From positions 1-47,235 of the forward strand of contig LVLI01000136.1 of NCBI GenBank assembly GCA_001687465.1: a stretch of 47,235 nucleotides of DNA, read 5' to 3'. Below are positions 34,148-46,197 of the stretch, one piece after another. The position numbers and the translations under genes were made by a program. The DNA comes from Halocafeteria seosinensis. Lineage: Eukaryota. The notes beneath the pieces were generated by a model. It ran no database searches, had not been told where the DNA came from, and saw nothing but the letters and a program-made list of their open reading frames with translations. Numbering within the stretch: the stretch's first letter is position 1; each line of letters opens with the position of its first letter.

Positions 34148-35603
34148 TCATTCCTCCTGGGCGCTCATAGTTTGGCCCCCATCAGAGTCTACTGCGACAT
34201 TCTCGCGTGATTGAATGTCCATAGACCCTATGGAATCCCAGAGGGAAGTGACCTCTGTGGAGTTAGTCGTCCGCCAAGTTCGCTCTGCGCCTCGTTCTTC
34301 CAAGAAATGAACAAGCTCTGTGCATTTCACCAACATGTTCTTCATCGAGCGTAAATCATCCGCAGAGAAGCTTGATGCCTCTGGTTCGGTACCATGAGAC
34401 ATGCTGCTCCTATTCTCAGAGGCACTTGCCTCAGGTTCTTCCGAATTACCAGCGGCACGGTTGAGTAGCGCCTTGACTCTTCGAACCGCATGATCAGCAA
34501 GGGTCAACGGCATTCGATCAGCAATGGCGACAGAATTTACATCGGCTGTCAGTGTGTCCACGAGAATCTTAGCAGGCTCCAGACGACCCATGCTACAGGC
34601 AATATGCAGAGGAGTCATGCTAGACTGGGGATCCTGCAATGGATATGTGTAATAGCGTCAACAGGACCCGAGGAGACTGCATCGCTGCTTACGGGTTCAT
34701 CAGCATTGAAGCCGAGTTTAGCAAGAGACCTAAGCACCAAGCATAGTTTTCTATCGTCTTCCATCGTTTTAATGATATCATGCATTACTGTCTTTAGCAG
34801 AGGCATATGCACATCAAGGCCTTTCGACACCATAAATAGCATCTGATGGTCAAATCATGGGAGCGTTGGCTTATTATAATGGAGTACAGCTGTAGGCAAA
34901 AGCATCCCAAAATACCCTACCGTTTTAATTTGAGCATTTTTACACGCAGTGGTGAACATCCTCGCGTTAAAGTAGTGCAGTATTTCGGTCTGACGAAACG
35001 AAACATTCCATTCCCGTAGCTTGTTGGAGATACCTCGCTGCTTGTTAGGTTATTGCTTACCTGTCGACACATATTAACCGTCTTGGATATCTCATTAATT
35101 CTTCCTTCCCGAGCCAATTCGATGAGATAGTCTCCTTGTTCCATTATTGCTCTGAAATATGTCGGGCAAGCATTCTGTAACTCTTTGATTCTTTCCAGTT
35201 GTTCTGCCGGTCCTTCCTTGGTCGCGAAGGGTCCAAAAGGGTCACACGGAATGGCGCCAGCCGCTCCCGCGGCAGAACTATGAGATTGTACAGGCGTTCC
35301 GGAGGAATGATTACTTCGAGTTTTGCCTCGTCGATACCTTGGATGAAGTAGGGGTTCCGCCGTTCGTCGATACTGGTGCTGAGGCATTTGCAGCTGCTGA
35401 TGAAAATGGCTCGGTTTTGGAGCACCGCATTCTTTGTACAAATTATCATCATCATTATGCTCCTCCACGGACGTCATATTGGCATCATTATGGTCATTAA
35501 CTTGATGAGAAGTCACTTCTTGCCCTGTTTGAAAGCCATTTTCTCCATGAATCACCGTCTCGCTCTCGCGGAGCACGGTCGATGCATGCGTACTAGAGCT
35601 CAT
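34148..35603 (-). CDS. Ankyrin-repeat protein, four exons (~415 aa)
   Basis: Exons 35061-35603, 34921-34989, 34693-34842 and 34148-34633 with phase-0 GT-AG introns. Ankyrin motif MTPLHIACSMGRLEPAKILV...ADVN...MPLTLA. Confidence 0.8.
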
Positions 35604-35849
35604 GATGATCAAATACCTTTCTGACAGCCACTTCAAGTATAAATAGTGCACAATACCGCCTGAATACCCCTAAATTAGGTTCCTAACACCATCGTAGAAC
35701 CCAACTTCAACCTCCAGTGGGTTGCTGACATAGGATGCCCAACGGACAGAGAGGGTTTAGATAAAAGAATTGAGGGTATAGATAGTCGTTCGCCTTCCTT
35801 CGTTCATTTTCTTCTCAGTGGACGTGTTAGTATAAAACAAGGAAAAGAA

Positions 35850-38238
35850 ATGCTCTCCATGCAGTCATCGTTGCCGGCATTGCCGGTGCCTTCCTTGGAA
35901 TCGACGCTGTATGGGTATCTTAGCAGCGCAAGCGCGTTGGTCCCCCAGGACAAAGATTTGGTGCGCACTTCTCACTGCGCATCCGAGTTCTATAGTGAGG
36001 GTGGTCAACGGATCCAAAAGAAACTGTTGGAGCATAAATCTCGACAGGATCAGCAAAGCGGGGATCGTTCGTGGCTCATCCGGTGGTGGAATGAATTCTC
36101 CTATCTGGTAGGTGGTCTTAGAGACTACTTCATCTCGTCGCATGAATTTTGTTTTTCTTGCAATGGTGCACAGAGAGTAAGGGCATCACTTCCCATTAAC
36201 AGTTCTTACTACTATCTGCTTTGGAATCAGACGAAAATCCAGGCAGATCCGCTCGAGGACAAGAGCGATATCTTTTCGAGGATCGCAGTCATATCTTTGC
36301 AGCTCATGGGGATCCGGGATCAGATCTATACGTAAGACTTTGTTGACATCTATGTTCGGAATGTTTAGGGTGAGAACTAAGTGCGGGTTGGTGGAATCGT
36401 TGTGCAGGAACACTCTTTCGGTGGATCGGATTGGTAAACGCCCGCTTTGCATGTACTCGTACACGGCGTTGTTTCACTCGTATCGGGAACCACGCCAAGA
36501 AAAGGATGCTGTATTGCAGTACCTTGAAGCGGATTCCGAAGCAGATGCGCATTCATACTGTCGTTTAAGGGTCGAATGGAGCCGACGTAGAGGATACTCC
36601 GCCGGGAGGTCTCAGGTATTCCTGGACCCAGTATCATCGAAGTGGGTAATTGAGCTAGAAATATCAGACATGTACGACGATCTTATGGCGCCTATCTTAG
36701 ATATGGAGGAAGCCTACACCAAAGTGAGGTCGCCTTCTCACATCATTGTGTTCGTCCAGGGGATGCCAGTGCGAGTAGATCTGTGGTCCGTGTCGAGAGA
36801 CAGCCGCCAAAGCTCAGCTCTTTCTTATGATGACCTCAGGGATACGCTCCAGTGGATTTATAGTTCTGTGACTCGCAAATATGCCACGAGTCACTGGTTC
36901 TCCACTTCGGTTCCTTGGCTTACTGCTACCGATAGAACCACATGGGCTGAAGCTTACCATTTGCTACATCAGCGATACGACACGGCTACGGTTCTCAAAC
37001 AAATCAAGAGTGCCGCGTTTGTAGTCTGTTTAGATAACGTTACTTCTCTGAATAACGCCGATGGAACTATATCCCATGAACATGTCCAGCATCTGCTTCT
37101 CCATGGTGCTGTGTCCAACAATCCGTCTCCTGTGCACAATCGTTGGTGGGATAAGACAATTCAGCTCGTTGGCATTAACGCCGCTGGCATATCCTGGCAA
37201 ACTAGCAAGAACGGAACACTGATCACTCAGTGTGCTCCGGTAGGGATGATATGCGAACACTCTTTGGTAGATGGTCATGTTACCGGACAGATGCTTGAGC
37301 GCGTTGTCGGAGGGAAGGGCAATTCAAGACTAGGTAGAGACAGAGAAAATCTTCCACAGCATCTGTGCACTGAGTTACCGCTGTTCTCTCGCGCGTTTCA
37401 TAGTATTCGGCGTTTTTCTGGAAATGTGAAAGATTCATTGAATGCTATTTGGAGAACTCAGGACTCGAAATGCCTTTTGTATGTTCGATATGGCAAGGAT
37501 GAAATAAAGAAATGTGGCCTTTCACCCGACGCATGGTGCCAGGTTGCGATTCAAGTGGCCACATCGAGAGCATATGCCCGCTTGAAATACGGGTTTTCTA
37601 CCGATTCCCGCCGTATTCCGCCAAAAATGCTTGAAGTTCTCCCTACTTATGAGCCTGTTCAGATGAGAATGTTTCGCCGAGGACGCACAGAAACGGTGCG
37701 CTCAGCGTCGGTACCAATGCTTCGTTTCGTGCGCCGACTTCAAGGACAATTATCGTCACCTACGGGGGCTTGGAAAGAGACGAAGAAGTCTCTGGGTGCT
37801 GCTGCAGTGGAGCATACCCGGTTGTGTAAATTAGCACTTCAAGGTGTAGGTATCGACCGGCACTTACTGGGTCTATTTCTGATCTCTAAGCAAATAATTC
37901 CTTCGAAGATGCCCTCGTTGTTCCAAGACACTCAGTGGTCTGAGAGACTAGGTGGCAGGTGGATGGTGAGCACATCGAACATGAGCGGCTCGTTTGTTTC
38001 TTCGTGGGGATGGGGTCAAGTAGTGCCAGAAGGATGGGGCATTGCTTATTCCACCCAAACTGAGTTTGGTGGGAAGTATCTTCAGTTTACAATCACAGGC
38101 AGAAACGATACTGATGCCGATGGAAACCCGTCAAAGTCTACCGTAGATCGAACGTCTATTTTATCTGAGGAGATGGAAAAGGCTTTAAACGACATGTTCG
38201 ATATTTGCATGTATGGAGATTCCTCTGCTCGTCTTTAA
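35850..38238 (+). CDS. Carnitine/choline O-acyltransferase, probably peroxisomal (~748 aa)
   Basis: Exons 35850-36107, 36174-36331 and 36408-38238. LPALPVPSLESTL, NRWWDK, catalytic CEHSLVDG, FRRGRTETVR, GIDRHLLGL, STSN; C-terminal ARL* (PTS1 type). Confidence 0.9.
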
Positions 38239-38890
38239 GCAGGGCTGCAGGATAGTACCGTTCGTTCCAAGAATTCTGTACGTATGAAGTTAGTTAGATC
38301 TTGGGAGTGGCAGCTTCGGATTTGACGGGCTCATAGTTTGCATCTACCAAATTTTTTATGGAGTTTAGTGCACTTGATGTTCTATCTTTAGCATATACCA
38401 AAGGATTGTTGTGCTCAATGCATGAATTCTCGGAGAATTATTCTCCCTGCTGGCTTAGCGCCAGTGGTCTGTGTAGCCTGTGGTAGACTAGTTGAGTCTC
38501 GCGAACCAGTAGAAGAGACACGCTTGTTTATATATATAGATTACTTTATATGGAGTAGTTTCTGTCATTGCCAATCAATAAGAGCCCCACCCCTTAGTGA
38601 TACAAAAATGGCACCCTTCTCTCGCTGTTTATTTCTAAATTCCTTTCATCTGCTCCCTTATAGTTTCATATGAACAATGAATACAAGTGAAAAGTTTAGC
38701 TAACACGTTCAGGCGGGATAATGCAGCCCAATGAAGAATCTAATGCTACATGTGGAATCCATTGTGGACTTGCGCCAATGTTGCTCATCTATGAGCCAAG
38801 CCGCGCTTTTCCCACCTCCTTCCTAAGAGTGGCTTTGTCCACCGGAGCTTGATAAGCAACTCGTTTCTACCCTCGAACTGAAATAAATTC

Positions 38891-40542
38891 TTAGGCTATT
38901 TTCGTGAAGTTGACGAACTGGAGACCGGGGAAGTTGAAAATCCTCGTTCCGTTCGTCAACGTATTGAAATATACCCATTCTCCTATGTTAGCCTGCAATT
39001 CCCATATTAAGCAGGGAGCGGTTTGTCGGCGGTAGAATACACGAAATGCGAAGTCGTGCTTCCCCGATGATTCCGGTTTTAGAGGAAATGTACCAAATGA
39101 TCCCAGGTTGATACTTGAAAGCAACGTGTTGTTTAGGTTGGGATCTCGGGTCGCGTTAACCTCTACCTTCATGCCAAATCCGTAATAGGTGCCAAGATAG
39201 CTGTTAAGAAAGCTGTTGCTAACCTCTGGAAAATTGTGTGCCCTGTACTCCCCGTATTGACTCCTTAATACTGGAATAACAGCATCGAAGACACTTTGGC
39301 CAACAGGGATAGTTCCGATTCCAGCTCCATTCCACAAGAAGACCAGCCCAAAGTCAAGCTCTGGTACCATCGCAATAAACGATGTCAACCCTGGCAAGTC
39401 ACCTGATTTTGTACGCACGAGGTAACCATGGCTGGAGAAAATTTCCCAGGGTGCACCGAACCCGGTATTTCCTCCAGGGTTCTCGTAGATTTGCATCATC
39501 ATATTTCGCCGCAGTTGACCGAGAGAGTTTCCATCCTTCCATTCGTTCAAATAGTGCAGAATCCATAGTGCCATATCTTCACTGGTGGAGTATACTCCTC
39601 CGGCAGGATTTAGCCAGCCCAACGGGTCGAAGGGTGCTTCAGATCCATCTAAAAGATAATTAGTTACCATCTTTGAGAACACTTCGGAAGTGTAGTTCAT
39701 CCCTGTTGAATTCATGTTCAATGGCTTTGCAATATTCTCTACCAGGAACTCGCTCCACGGTTTGCCGTACATGCGTTCGGAAATCAAGTTTGCAAATATA
39801 GAATAGGCCAAGTTGGAATAGCTAGGGTAAGTCCACGGCGACATCATCAGCTGATTATACTGCAAGATTCTGTCTAGCATCTCGGCTGTTGTAAGGTTGC
39901 AATGTGGCCTTTCACATGGTCCTTCTCTCGGGACTCCACTGAGTTGGCTCATCATCTGCCGAAACGTTGGTTGGCCCGAGCCGAACGGATTCGGGATGTG
40001 AAAGTCCTCAAAGTACTTCTGCAATTCATCGTCGAAGCTGTCAATCTTCCCATCCCGGAAGGCTTGGATTGCCGTTTCTACTGCAAAGGTCTTGGAATTC
40101 GACGCCAGACGATAGATAGTTTTCTCCGTAGGAACTTGCCCCGGTTGCTTCTTGCTCACACATCCATAATTAAAGTACTGAATTTTCCCACCGAGAATAA
40201 AGGCTCCACTGAGTGCCGTGGAGCTGGGAGTATGGGCACCGCCCTTGCAAGGACCCAGGGTTTTGTCGACAACGTAATTTGTCAATTCATTCATGAAACT
40301 CGAGTTGAACTGCTGTATTTTATCTCTCGGAGGCACAGGTGGCGTGGATTTACAGTTTGGAAAGGCGTTAGGAGGGTTGATAGAGTCCTCCCCCATCAGT
40401 GCCTCCCATGCACCACCTGGAGTGGTGCCTTGTAAATGAGAAAGCATCATATTGAACATGGTGGAGGGTGAGGACGCCGTACCTCGCACAACCCGAGGAG
40501 GAGCACGTACACCCAAGGTGTTGCCGAAATTTTCCCCATCAT
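38891..40542 (-). CDS. Secreted serine beta-lactamase-like hydrolase, copy A (signal peptide offset by a 1-nt frameshift at ~40493)
   Basis: SxxK (ASNSK), YSN and KSG motifs. Adding one G to the GGG at 40492-40494 gives MMGKISATPWVYVLLLGVVRGTAS in frame. Confidence 0.85.
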
Positions 40543-40968
40543 GACACTTTCTCTCATCGAGAGCGTCCCAGATGGCAACACTCTATTAGCAAGGAGAACA
40601 AATCAAATACCCTTGGGAAAATGTAGTTTGTGAGACAAATTGCGACTTGGGGAGTTCCCAGGAAGTACAGTGTAGGTGGACGCGGATCCCGGATCCTGGA
40701 TTCCGGATTCCCGCCGCATTGGCCAACGGCAACTTGTTTGGAGCAGTACAATGTAGCATAGCTACACTGGTCGCAAAACAAGAAAGGAAGTGGCTTTTCT
40801 GCAAATATGAACGTCACACTACGTAAGAATTTCTGACTTCGTTATGGACTCGCTTGCAATTACTGTACTGAAGGAAACACGCTTAAACATTCTAGGGCAA
40901 GAAGTAGGCTATCTGTCACATGTGTGTGGTATGTGTTCTCATTGCGAAACGTGTTCTACCGTCGCGCG

Positions 40969-41147
40969 CCTCAACTCATTTTTGTACAATTGATGAACTG
41001 AATTCCGGGAAAGGAAAACAGTTTCGCACCATCATCCAATGTACATGTACTAATGCAAGAAGAGAATCATTCAAGCTAGGATCTCTTGTAGTATTCACCG
41101 ACACATAAGTTCCGGTTACCGCATAAAGTACCCATCAACGAAGTCAG
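40969..41147 (-). pseudogene. Internally deleted 3' fragment of a third beta-lactamase-like copy
   Basis: Matches 41790-41864 (stop region, FPGIQFIN) joined to ~42018-42116 of copy B. Confidence 0.8.
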
Positions 41148-41236
41148 CAAAGATGACTGCATTAGATAGCATTTTTCTTCCTTTTTTATACTTCTTGGAA
41201 AGTCAATGATCATAATGATGCCAATCCCTTCGGGGG

Positions 41237-41387
41237 ATAATGATGATGATAATCTGTACAAAGAATGCGGTGTTACAAAACCGAGCCATTTTCATCAACA
41301 GCTGTTAATGTCTCAGCACCAGTATCGACGAACGGCGGAACCCCTACTGCGTCCACGATATCGACAAGGCAAAACTAGAAGTAATCA
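41237..41387 (+). repeat. Inverted dispersed copy of part of ankyrin-gene exon 1 (~35308-35458)
   Basis: NDDDNLYKECGVTKPSHFHQQLLMSQHQYRRTAEPLLRPRYRQGKTRSNH versus NDDDNLYKECGAPKPSHFHQQLQMPQHQYRRTAEPLLHPRYRRGKTRSNH on the opposite strand. Confidence 0.9.
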
Positions 41388-41791
41388 CCTGTAGCAAATC
41401 AAAAAAGGGAGTGGTTTCTGCAAACGGGAAAGTGCCTATATGAACGTCGCTGTTAGCGTAAGAATTACACGTTGGAAATTAGTTGTGGATTCCTCAGCGA
41501 CACAGTTCAGCTTTGCAATTCCTGAAGGAAAACGCTTGAACATTCTACTCGACTTAGGACTCTGGTACCGATGTTGTTAGTTCTCCGGAAGTACACGCTC
41601 GCAGGGACTGCACCGCCATAAATACAGAGGTTGCTGGCCAAGTTCGAACCCGTACATCTTGTGCTTCGCACATTACTTGTTTAATCATGACGCGAATTTA
41701 CTAAGCCCGTGGACAGAGTCGGGAATCGATGCAGAAGAATTATTGCACAACGTTTCTTACCGTGCCGTGGAATTTCTGCTAAAGGCACACC

Positions 41792-43435
41792 TCAACTCAC
41801 TTTTGTAAAATTGATGAACTGAATTCCGGGAAAGGAAAACAGCTTGGTACCATCATCCAATGTATTGAAAGAAACCCACTCTCCCAAGTCTGCCTGTAGC
41901 TCTGCCATAATGCAAGAGACGAGTTGTCGACGGAAGAAAACACGAAATTCAAACGTCTTCTCTGTTGATGATTCGGGTTTCAGCGGTACTGTCCCGTAGG
42001 GTCCAAAGCTGATATACGCAAGAAGAGCGTCATTCAAGCTAGGATCTCTCGTAGTGTTCACCGACACATAAGTGCCAGATGCCGTATAAATTCCTAAGTA
42101 CTCGTCAACGAAGTCACTGCTCAGTTGCGGGAAATTATTCGCACGGTAATCGGCGTATTGCTTTCTCAGTACAGGTATCACAGCGTTAGAGATCGTGCGG
42201 GCAACTGGGATAGTGTCTATACCGGCTCCGTTCCATAAAAGGACGACTCCAAAGTCCAGTTCTGGGATCATCGCAGTCAATGATGTTAAGCCCGGTAGAT
42301 TTCCTGCTTTCGTACGGACAAGATAGCCATTGCTCGAGAAAAACTCCCAAGGAGTACCAAATCCACTATATCCTCCTGGATTCTCGTACACCTGCATCAT
42401 TGTATTTCGACGTAGCTGGCCCAAAGATGTTTGTTCTTTCCACTCGTCCAAGTAATGAAGGATCCACAGCGCCATGTCTTCGCTTGTAGAGTATACGCCT
42501 CCAGCTGGGGACAGCCACCCTAAAGGGGTAAACGGTGCTTCAGAACCATCCAGTAGATAATTCGTTACCATTCTTGAAAGGACACTCGAAGTATAGTTGA
42601 CTCCAGTGGAATTCATGTTCAGCGGAGCCGCGATGTTGTCGGCGAGGAAGTCGCTCCAAGGTTTGCCATACAATCTCTCTGAGACGAGATGCGCAAAAAT
42701 CGAGTATGCTAGATTAGAATAACTGGGATATGTCCATGGTTTCATCATCAGTTTGTTGTACTGAGAGATCCTCTGAAGCATTTCAGCTGTGGTCAAGTTA
42801 CAGTATCCGGTGCATGGTCCTTCCCTCGGAATTCCAGACAGTTGGCTCATCATCTGCCGAAACGTGGGTTGGCTTGAGCCGAACGGATTCGGGATGTGAA
42901 AGTCCTCAAAGTACTTTCGCAACTCATCGTCGAAGCTGTCAATCTTTCCATCCCGGAAGGCATGAATTGCCGTTTCTACTGCAAAGGTCTTGGAATTCGA
43001 TGCCAGACGATAAATGGTTTTCTCCGTAGGAACTTGTCCCGGTTGCTTCTTGCTCACACAGCCGTAATTAAAGTATCGAATTTTCCCACCGAGAATAAAG
43101 GCCCCACTGAGTGCTGTGGAACTGGGCTTATGAGCTCCGCTTGTGCAGGGGCCAAGCGTGTAGTTCAGCAAGCTTGCCGTCAGCTCATTCATGAAGCTCG
43201 TGTTGAATTGCTGGATGTCGCTTCTGGGAGGGGTCGGTGGTGTCGATTCACAGTTGGGCAGAGGCGGTACGGGGTCGATGGAATCTCCGATGAGAGCTTC
43301 CCATATCCCACCGGGGGGAACGCCGTTCAATGCAGCCATAAACTCCTCCATGTCCATCTCCGCGCTGGCTGCGTGAAACAGCGCATGTAGAGCGATGGAC
43401 AGGGATAGACCGAACACTCGCCAGTGTGATTTCAT
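41792..43435 (-). CDS. Secreted serine beta-lactamase-like hydrolase, copy B (547 aa)
   Basis: Signal peptide MKSHWRVFGLSLSIALHALFHAASA; ASNSK, YSN and KAG motifs; collinear with copy A. Confidence 0.9.
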   Translation of the reverse strand: MKSHWRVFGLSLSIALHALFHAASAEMDMEEFMAALNGVPPGGIWEALIGDSIDPVPPLPNCESTPPTPPRSDIQQFNTSFMNELTASLLNYTLGPCTSGAHKPSSTALSGAFILGGKIRYFNYGCVSKKQPGQVPTEKTIYRLASNSKTFAVETAIHAFRDGKIDSFDDELRKYFEDFHIPNPFGSSQPTFRQMMSQLSGIPREGPCTGYCNLTTAEMLQRISQYNKLMMKPWTYPSYSNLAYSIFAHLVSERLYGKPWSDFLADNIAAPLNMNSTGVNYTSSVLSRMVTNYLLDGSEAPFTPLGWLSPAGGVYSTSEDMALWILHYLDEWKEQTSLGQLRRNTMMQVYENPGGYSGFGTPWEFFSSNGYLVRTKAGNLPGLTSLTAMIPELDFGVVLLWNGAGIDTIPVARTISNAVIPVLRKQYADYRANNFPQLSSDFVDEYLGIYTASGTYVSVNTTRDPSLNDALLAYISFGPYGTVPLKPESSTEKTFEFRVFFRRQLVSCIMAELQADLGEWVSFNTLDDGTKLFSFPGIQFINFTKVS

Positions 43436-43668
43436 TGTTTTATTGAACTTTAAGGTTTATACTCAGAAGGAAACCGGTGAAAAAACAATGCCATGTGGCA
43501 AAACCCAATTGCGAAAGCGACCTCGACTAACGTCTTCACTGTATGGAATACCGTCGAAGGAATCCAATCCTTCACAAGCACACAAGTCTGTTACGCACAG
43601 CTGGGAACTGAGGGGGCGATGTACGAGGCAGATGGTGTCGGGTTACGGCTCTGGGTACGTTGTTGTAT

Positions 43669-46197
43669 TCATTGAACGCTACTAGAGACATTACGCACAC
43701 TCGGCTTCTCTGAATTGATCTGAGCGGATGAGCGAAAAGGCACGCCCGCGTCACAAAGCATTTTCCGTAAAAACTGACGCTTATTCTTCATTGATCCCAG
43801 TCGCTGCCAAGAGTAGGGATCAATAAAGTGAACTCTGCTCGAGTAAGTCTGATGCAAAATACGCAGGTACTGCTTTCCGTGGTTTGAAAGCAATACACGA
43901 CGGCCATCGTTCACCTGGACTATATCGCTCGGATCAAATAGCTTAATACCCACTATTTGAGAACAGTTCGCTACATCGTTGACACCCTTTCCAAATGCAA
44001 AATCCATCATGAAACCGTCACTGGAAGAAACCAGAGGAGATCCTTCTCCAGGAACGCAAGGTACTTCTCTTATGGGTGCAGATGTTCCGGCTGGTAATTC
44101 TGGAAGATGGAAGCCCGACCGTTTCAAACATTTATAAACATCCGCAAACAGCTCGCCGTTAGCACTGGCTACTAACTTAGTACCATCGTTATCGTTTTCG
44201 CGAAGGTTTTGCATTGTTCTACGCAGTTGGGCGTGCTGAGTATCGAGAGTGTGACAAAGCTCTATAGCTGCGGAACTGTTATCAGACCGTCGATATAGCA
44301 ATTGTCGGGCAAGGTAGCTTATGCGTGCCTGCTGTAGCACAAGGGCCGGGAAACGATGTACCTTCTCATTTATCAAAGTCACATGAGATACGATACGCAA
44401 GAGCGCTGCCCCTCGCACCACACCGAGTGAAGAATCCGAAAGCCATTCCAACAGAAGGCGCTCTAACCTAGCTGCCTTTAAATCCATAATTCTGTCTCGA
44501 CGAGAGATTGCGTTTATAACGCGCATCCTAACTGTTCGAGAAACAGTGCTAGAGTGAAGGTGAGCGTCGCGTGAGGAAGGCATGTCCACAGCATAGCTAT
44601 GCACATTGGCGAGCTGGCTTGCGGACCAGTGGCCAAACAGCATATCTGGATGGTTGTTGCAGACTAGTTCCGCATACTGAAGCAACTTGAGGCTGGAAAA
44701 CCAGCTAATTTGCGCAGCTCCCATAAACACCGGAAGCCAGTAACAAAGCGCTGGTTCATCTATTCCGGTACGGCCTTCCAGAATACCCTCAACTAAGTTA
44801 CGAAGCATCTTTCGGTATTTCAGCGAAGGAATGTATACTCTAATGATGCTCTTGTCCATCATGTGTAGCTGTGAAGCAAGCACGTTTACCATATTGCCAA
44901 TGTCCTTTACTATCCTAGCGCTAGGAGAAGCTTCCTTTGGATGAGTCTCCCAACGAGCGAGAAAGTACCTCACAGTAGCTTCCAGGAGATCATGATAGTC
45001 CTTGTTTGTATAGATTGTATCCAACTTACACAGCGTGCATGCACGCAGCACTGCGAGCTGACTACGAATCCGTTCTGTATCTTCCTTATGCGATGGTTCT
45101 GCTTTGTCGTGCTGGGCATCAACATTGAGTCGTTGCCGGTTCATGTTCACTACAGAACGCTCTAAGAGTTCTTTTCCTTTATTAAAGCATGCTTCAATGT
45201 TAACGTAGTTAGCGTCACGTGGCTCCGTTCTTCCATGGGCATTCCACGGGCGAATTGAATGTGCTACAGCCAAAGCTGTCTTGCTTACTTGCTCTGGAGT
45301 TTCATTGTCCACGTAGATTGTATGAATTTGTGAAATTTGAGCAACCACCAAGCTGTAAATTTCGAGAAACAACCAAGAATTTCCAGAGGTGCCATGGAAC
45401 CTGGGTGTCTCTGAGTACAACCGAGGTGGGCTTTGACGGTTTCCGAGTCCGAGAGCGTAAATGCACGCTGTAGCAGTACCTCGTAATCGGCTAACAACAT
45501 GAGCTGCATAACCGATATACACAGGAGCGGTATCCGGCAGTAAATCTTTCGGTCCTCTGCTGCCTAGTTGCACGTTCGAGTCGAGTTTGCTCTCATGACG
45601 CCGCGAGGACAAAGTGCTTAGAATGTCGTCCATGTACGCTTCCACATCTGGGGAGCCGTCGGCTGCGCATGTCGGCATTCCATGTATTCTTAAGTGTTTC
45701 TCCAAACAACTAGCGAACGCAATTAGCAGAAAATTCAAACCAGTTATGTGCATAGGTTTATGGAGTTGGTACTCGCTTCCTGTAGCATCTGTCGAGGGAG
45801 CCCGGAGAGCCGCCGATAGCGTATCATTCCGTAGGTGCTTATGGTGAGCGACGGCACCCAGAGCCGTCAGTACATGATGAAAACTGCGAATACTCCAAGG
45901 GTATCTGACCGTCAAAATCTGTATAAGTTGGTCAAACGACTGGCATTGCTGAATAGCTTTTTTCGCAACTTCAAACTCGGATCGTCGGGAGGGCCTAGTC
46001 TCATCTAATGGAATACCATTGCAGATGCTCCTTCGAGGGAATGTATACGAAACTGTACCAGATAGTGCAGGACAAAAATTGACCGCGGTGTACCCTTGAA
46101 AAGCTTGATACGGCCCTTGAAAGGCCGAAGTAGCACAGGCTGCCGTGCTCCAAGGTAGTACTGCTCCCCTTGTCAGCCGTGCGCGCACCATCTCCAT
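43669..46197 (-). CDS. Probable organellar helical-repeat RNA-binding protein with a degenerate C-terminal RAP-like domain
   Basis: 842-aa ORF with an Arg/Ala-rich leader and a helical-looking body. C-terminus MDFAF...VGIKLFDP...LRILHQ...VHFIDPYSWQRL...KRQFLRKML resembles the RAP pattern. Confidence 0.55.
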   Translation of the reverse strand: MEMVRARLTRGAVLPWSTAACATSAFQGPYQAFQGYTAVNFCPALSGTVSYTFPRRSICNGIPLDETRPSRRSEFEVAKKAIQQCQSFDQLIQILTVRYPWSIRSFHHVLTALGAVAHHKHLRNDTLSAALRAPSTDATGSEYQLHKPMHITGLNFLLIAFASCLEKHLRIHGMPTCAADGSPDVEAYMDDILSTLSSRRHESKLDSNVQLGSRGPKDLLPDTAPVYIGYAAHVVSRLRGTATACIYALGLGNRQSPPRLYSETPRFHGTSGNSWLFLEIYSLVVAQISQIHTIYVDNETPEQVSKTALAVAHSIRPWNAHGRTEPRDANYVNIEACFNKGKELLERSVVNMNRQRLNVDAQHDKAEPSHKEDTERIRSQLAVLRACTLCKLDTIYTNKDYHDLLEATVRYFLARWETHPKEASPSARIVKDIGNMVNVLASQLHMMDKSIIRVYIPSLKYRKMLRNLVEGILEGRTGIDEPALCYWLPVFMGAAQISWFSSLKLLQYAELVCNNHPDMLFGHWSASQLANVHSYAVDMPSSRDAHLHSSTVSRTVRMRVINAISRRDRIMDLKAARLERLLLEWLSDSSLGVVRGAALLRIVSHVTLINEKVHRFPALVLQQARISYLARQLLYRRSDNSSAAIELCHTLDTQHAQLRRTMQNLRENDNDGTKLVASANGELFADVYKCLKRSGFHLPELPAGTSAPIREVPCVPGEGSPLVSSSDGFMMDFAFGKGVNDVANCSQIVGIKLFDPSDIVQVNDGRRVLLSNHGKQYLRILHQTYSSRVHFIDPYSWQRLGSMKNKRQFLRKMLCDAGVPFRSSAQINSEKPSVRNVSSSVQ

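Noticed and set aside
40683..40712. Four tandem YGGATYC heptamers upstream of beta-lactamase copy A
   Set aside because: Real but short; nothing in the sequence supports a function.
41630..41660. tRNA-like GTTCGAACC motif
   Set aside because: Flanks do not form a T-stem or cloverleaf.
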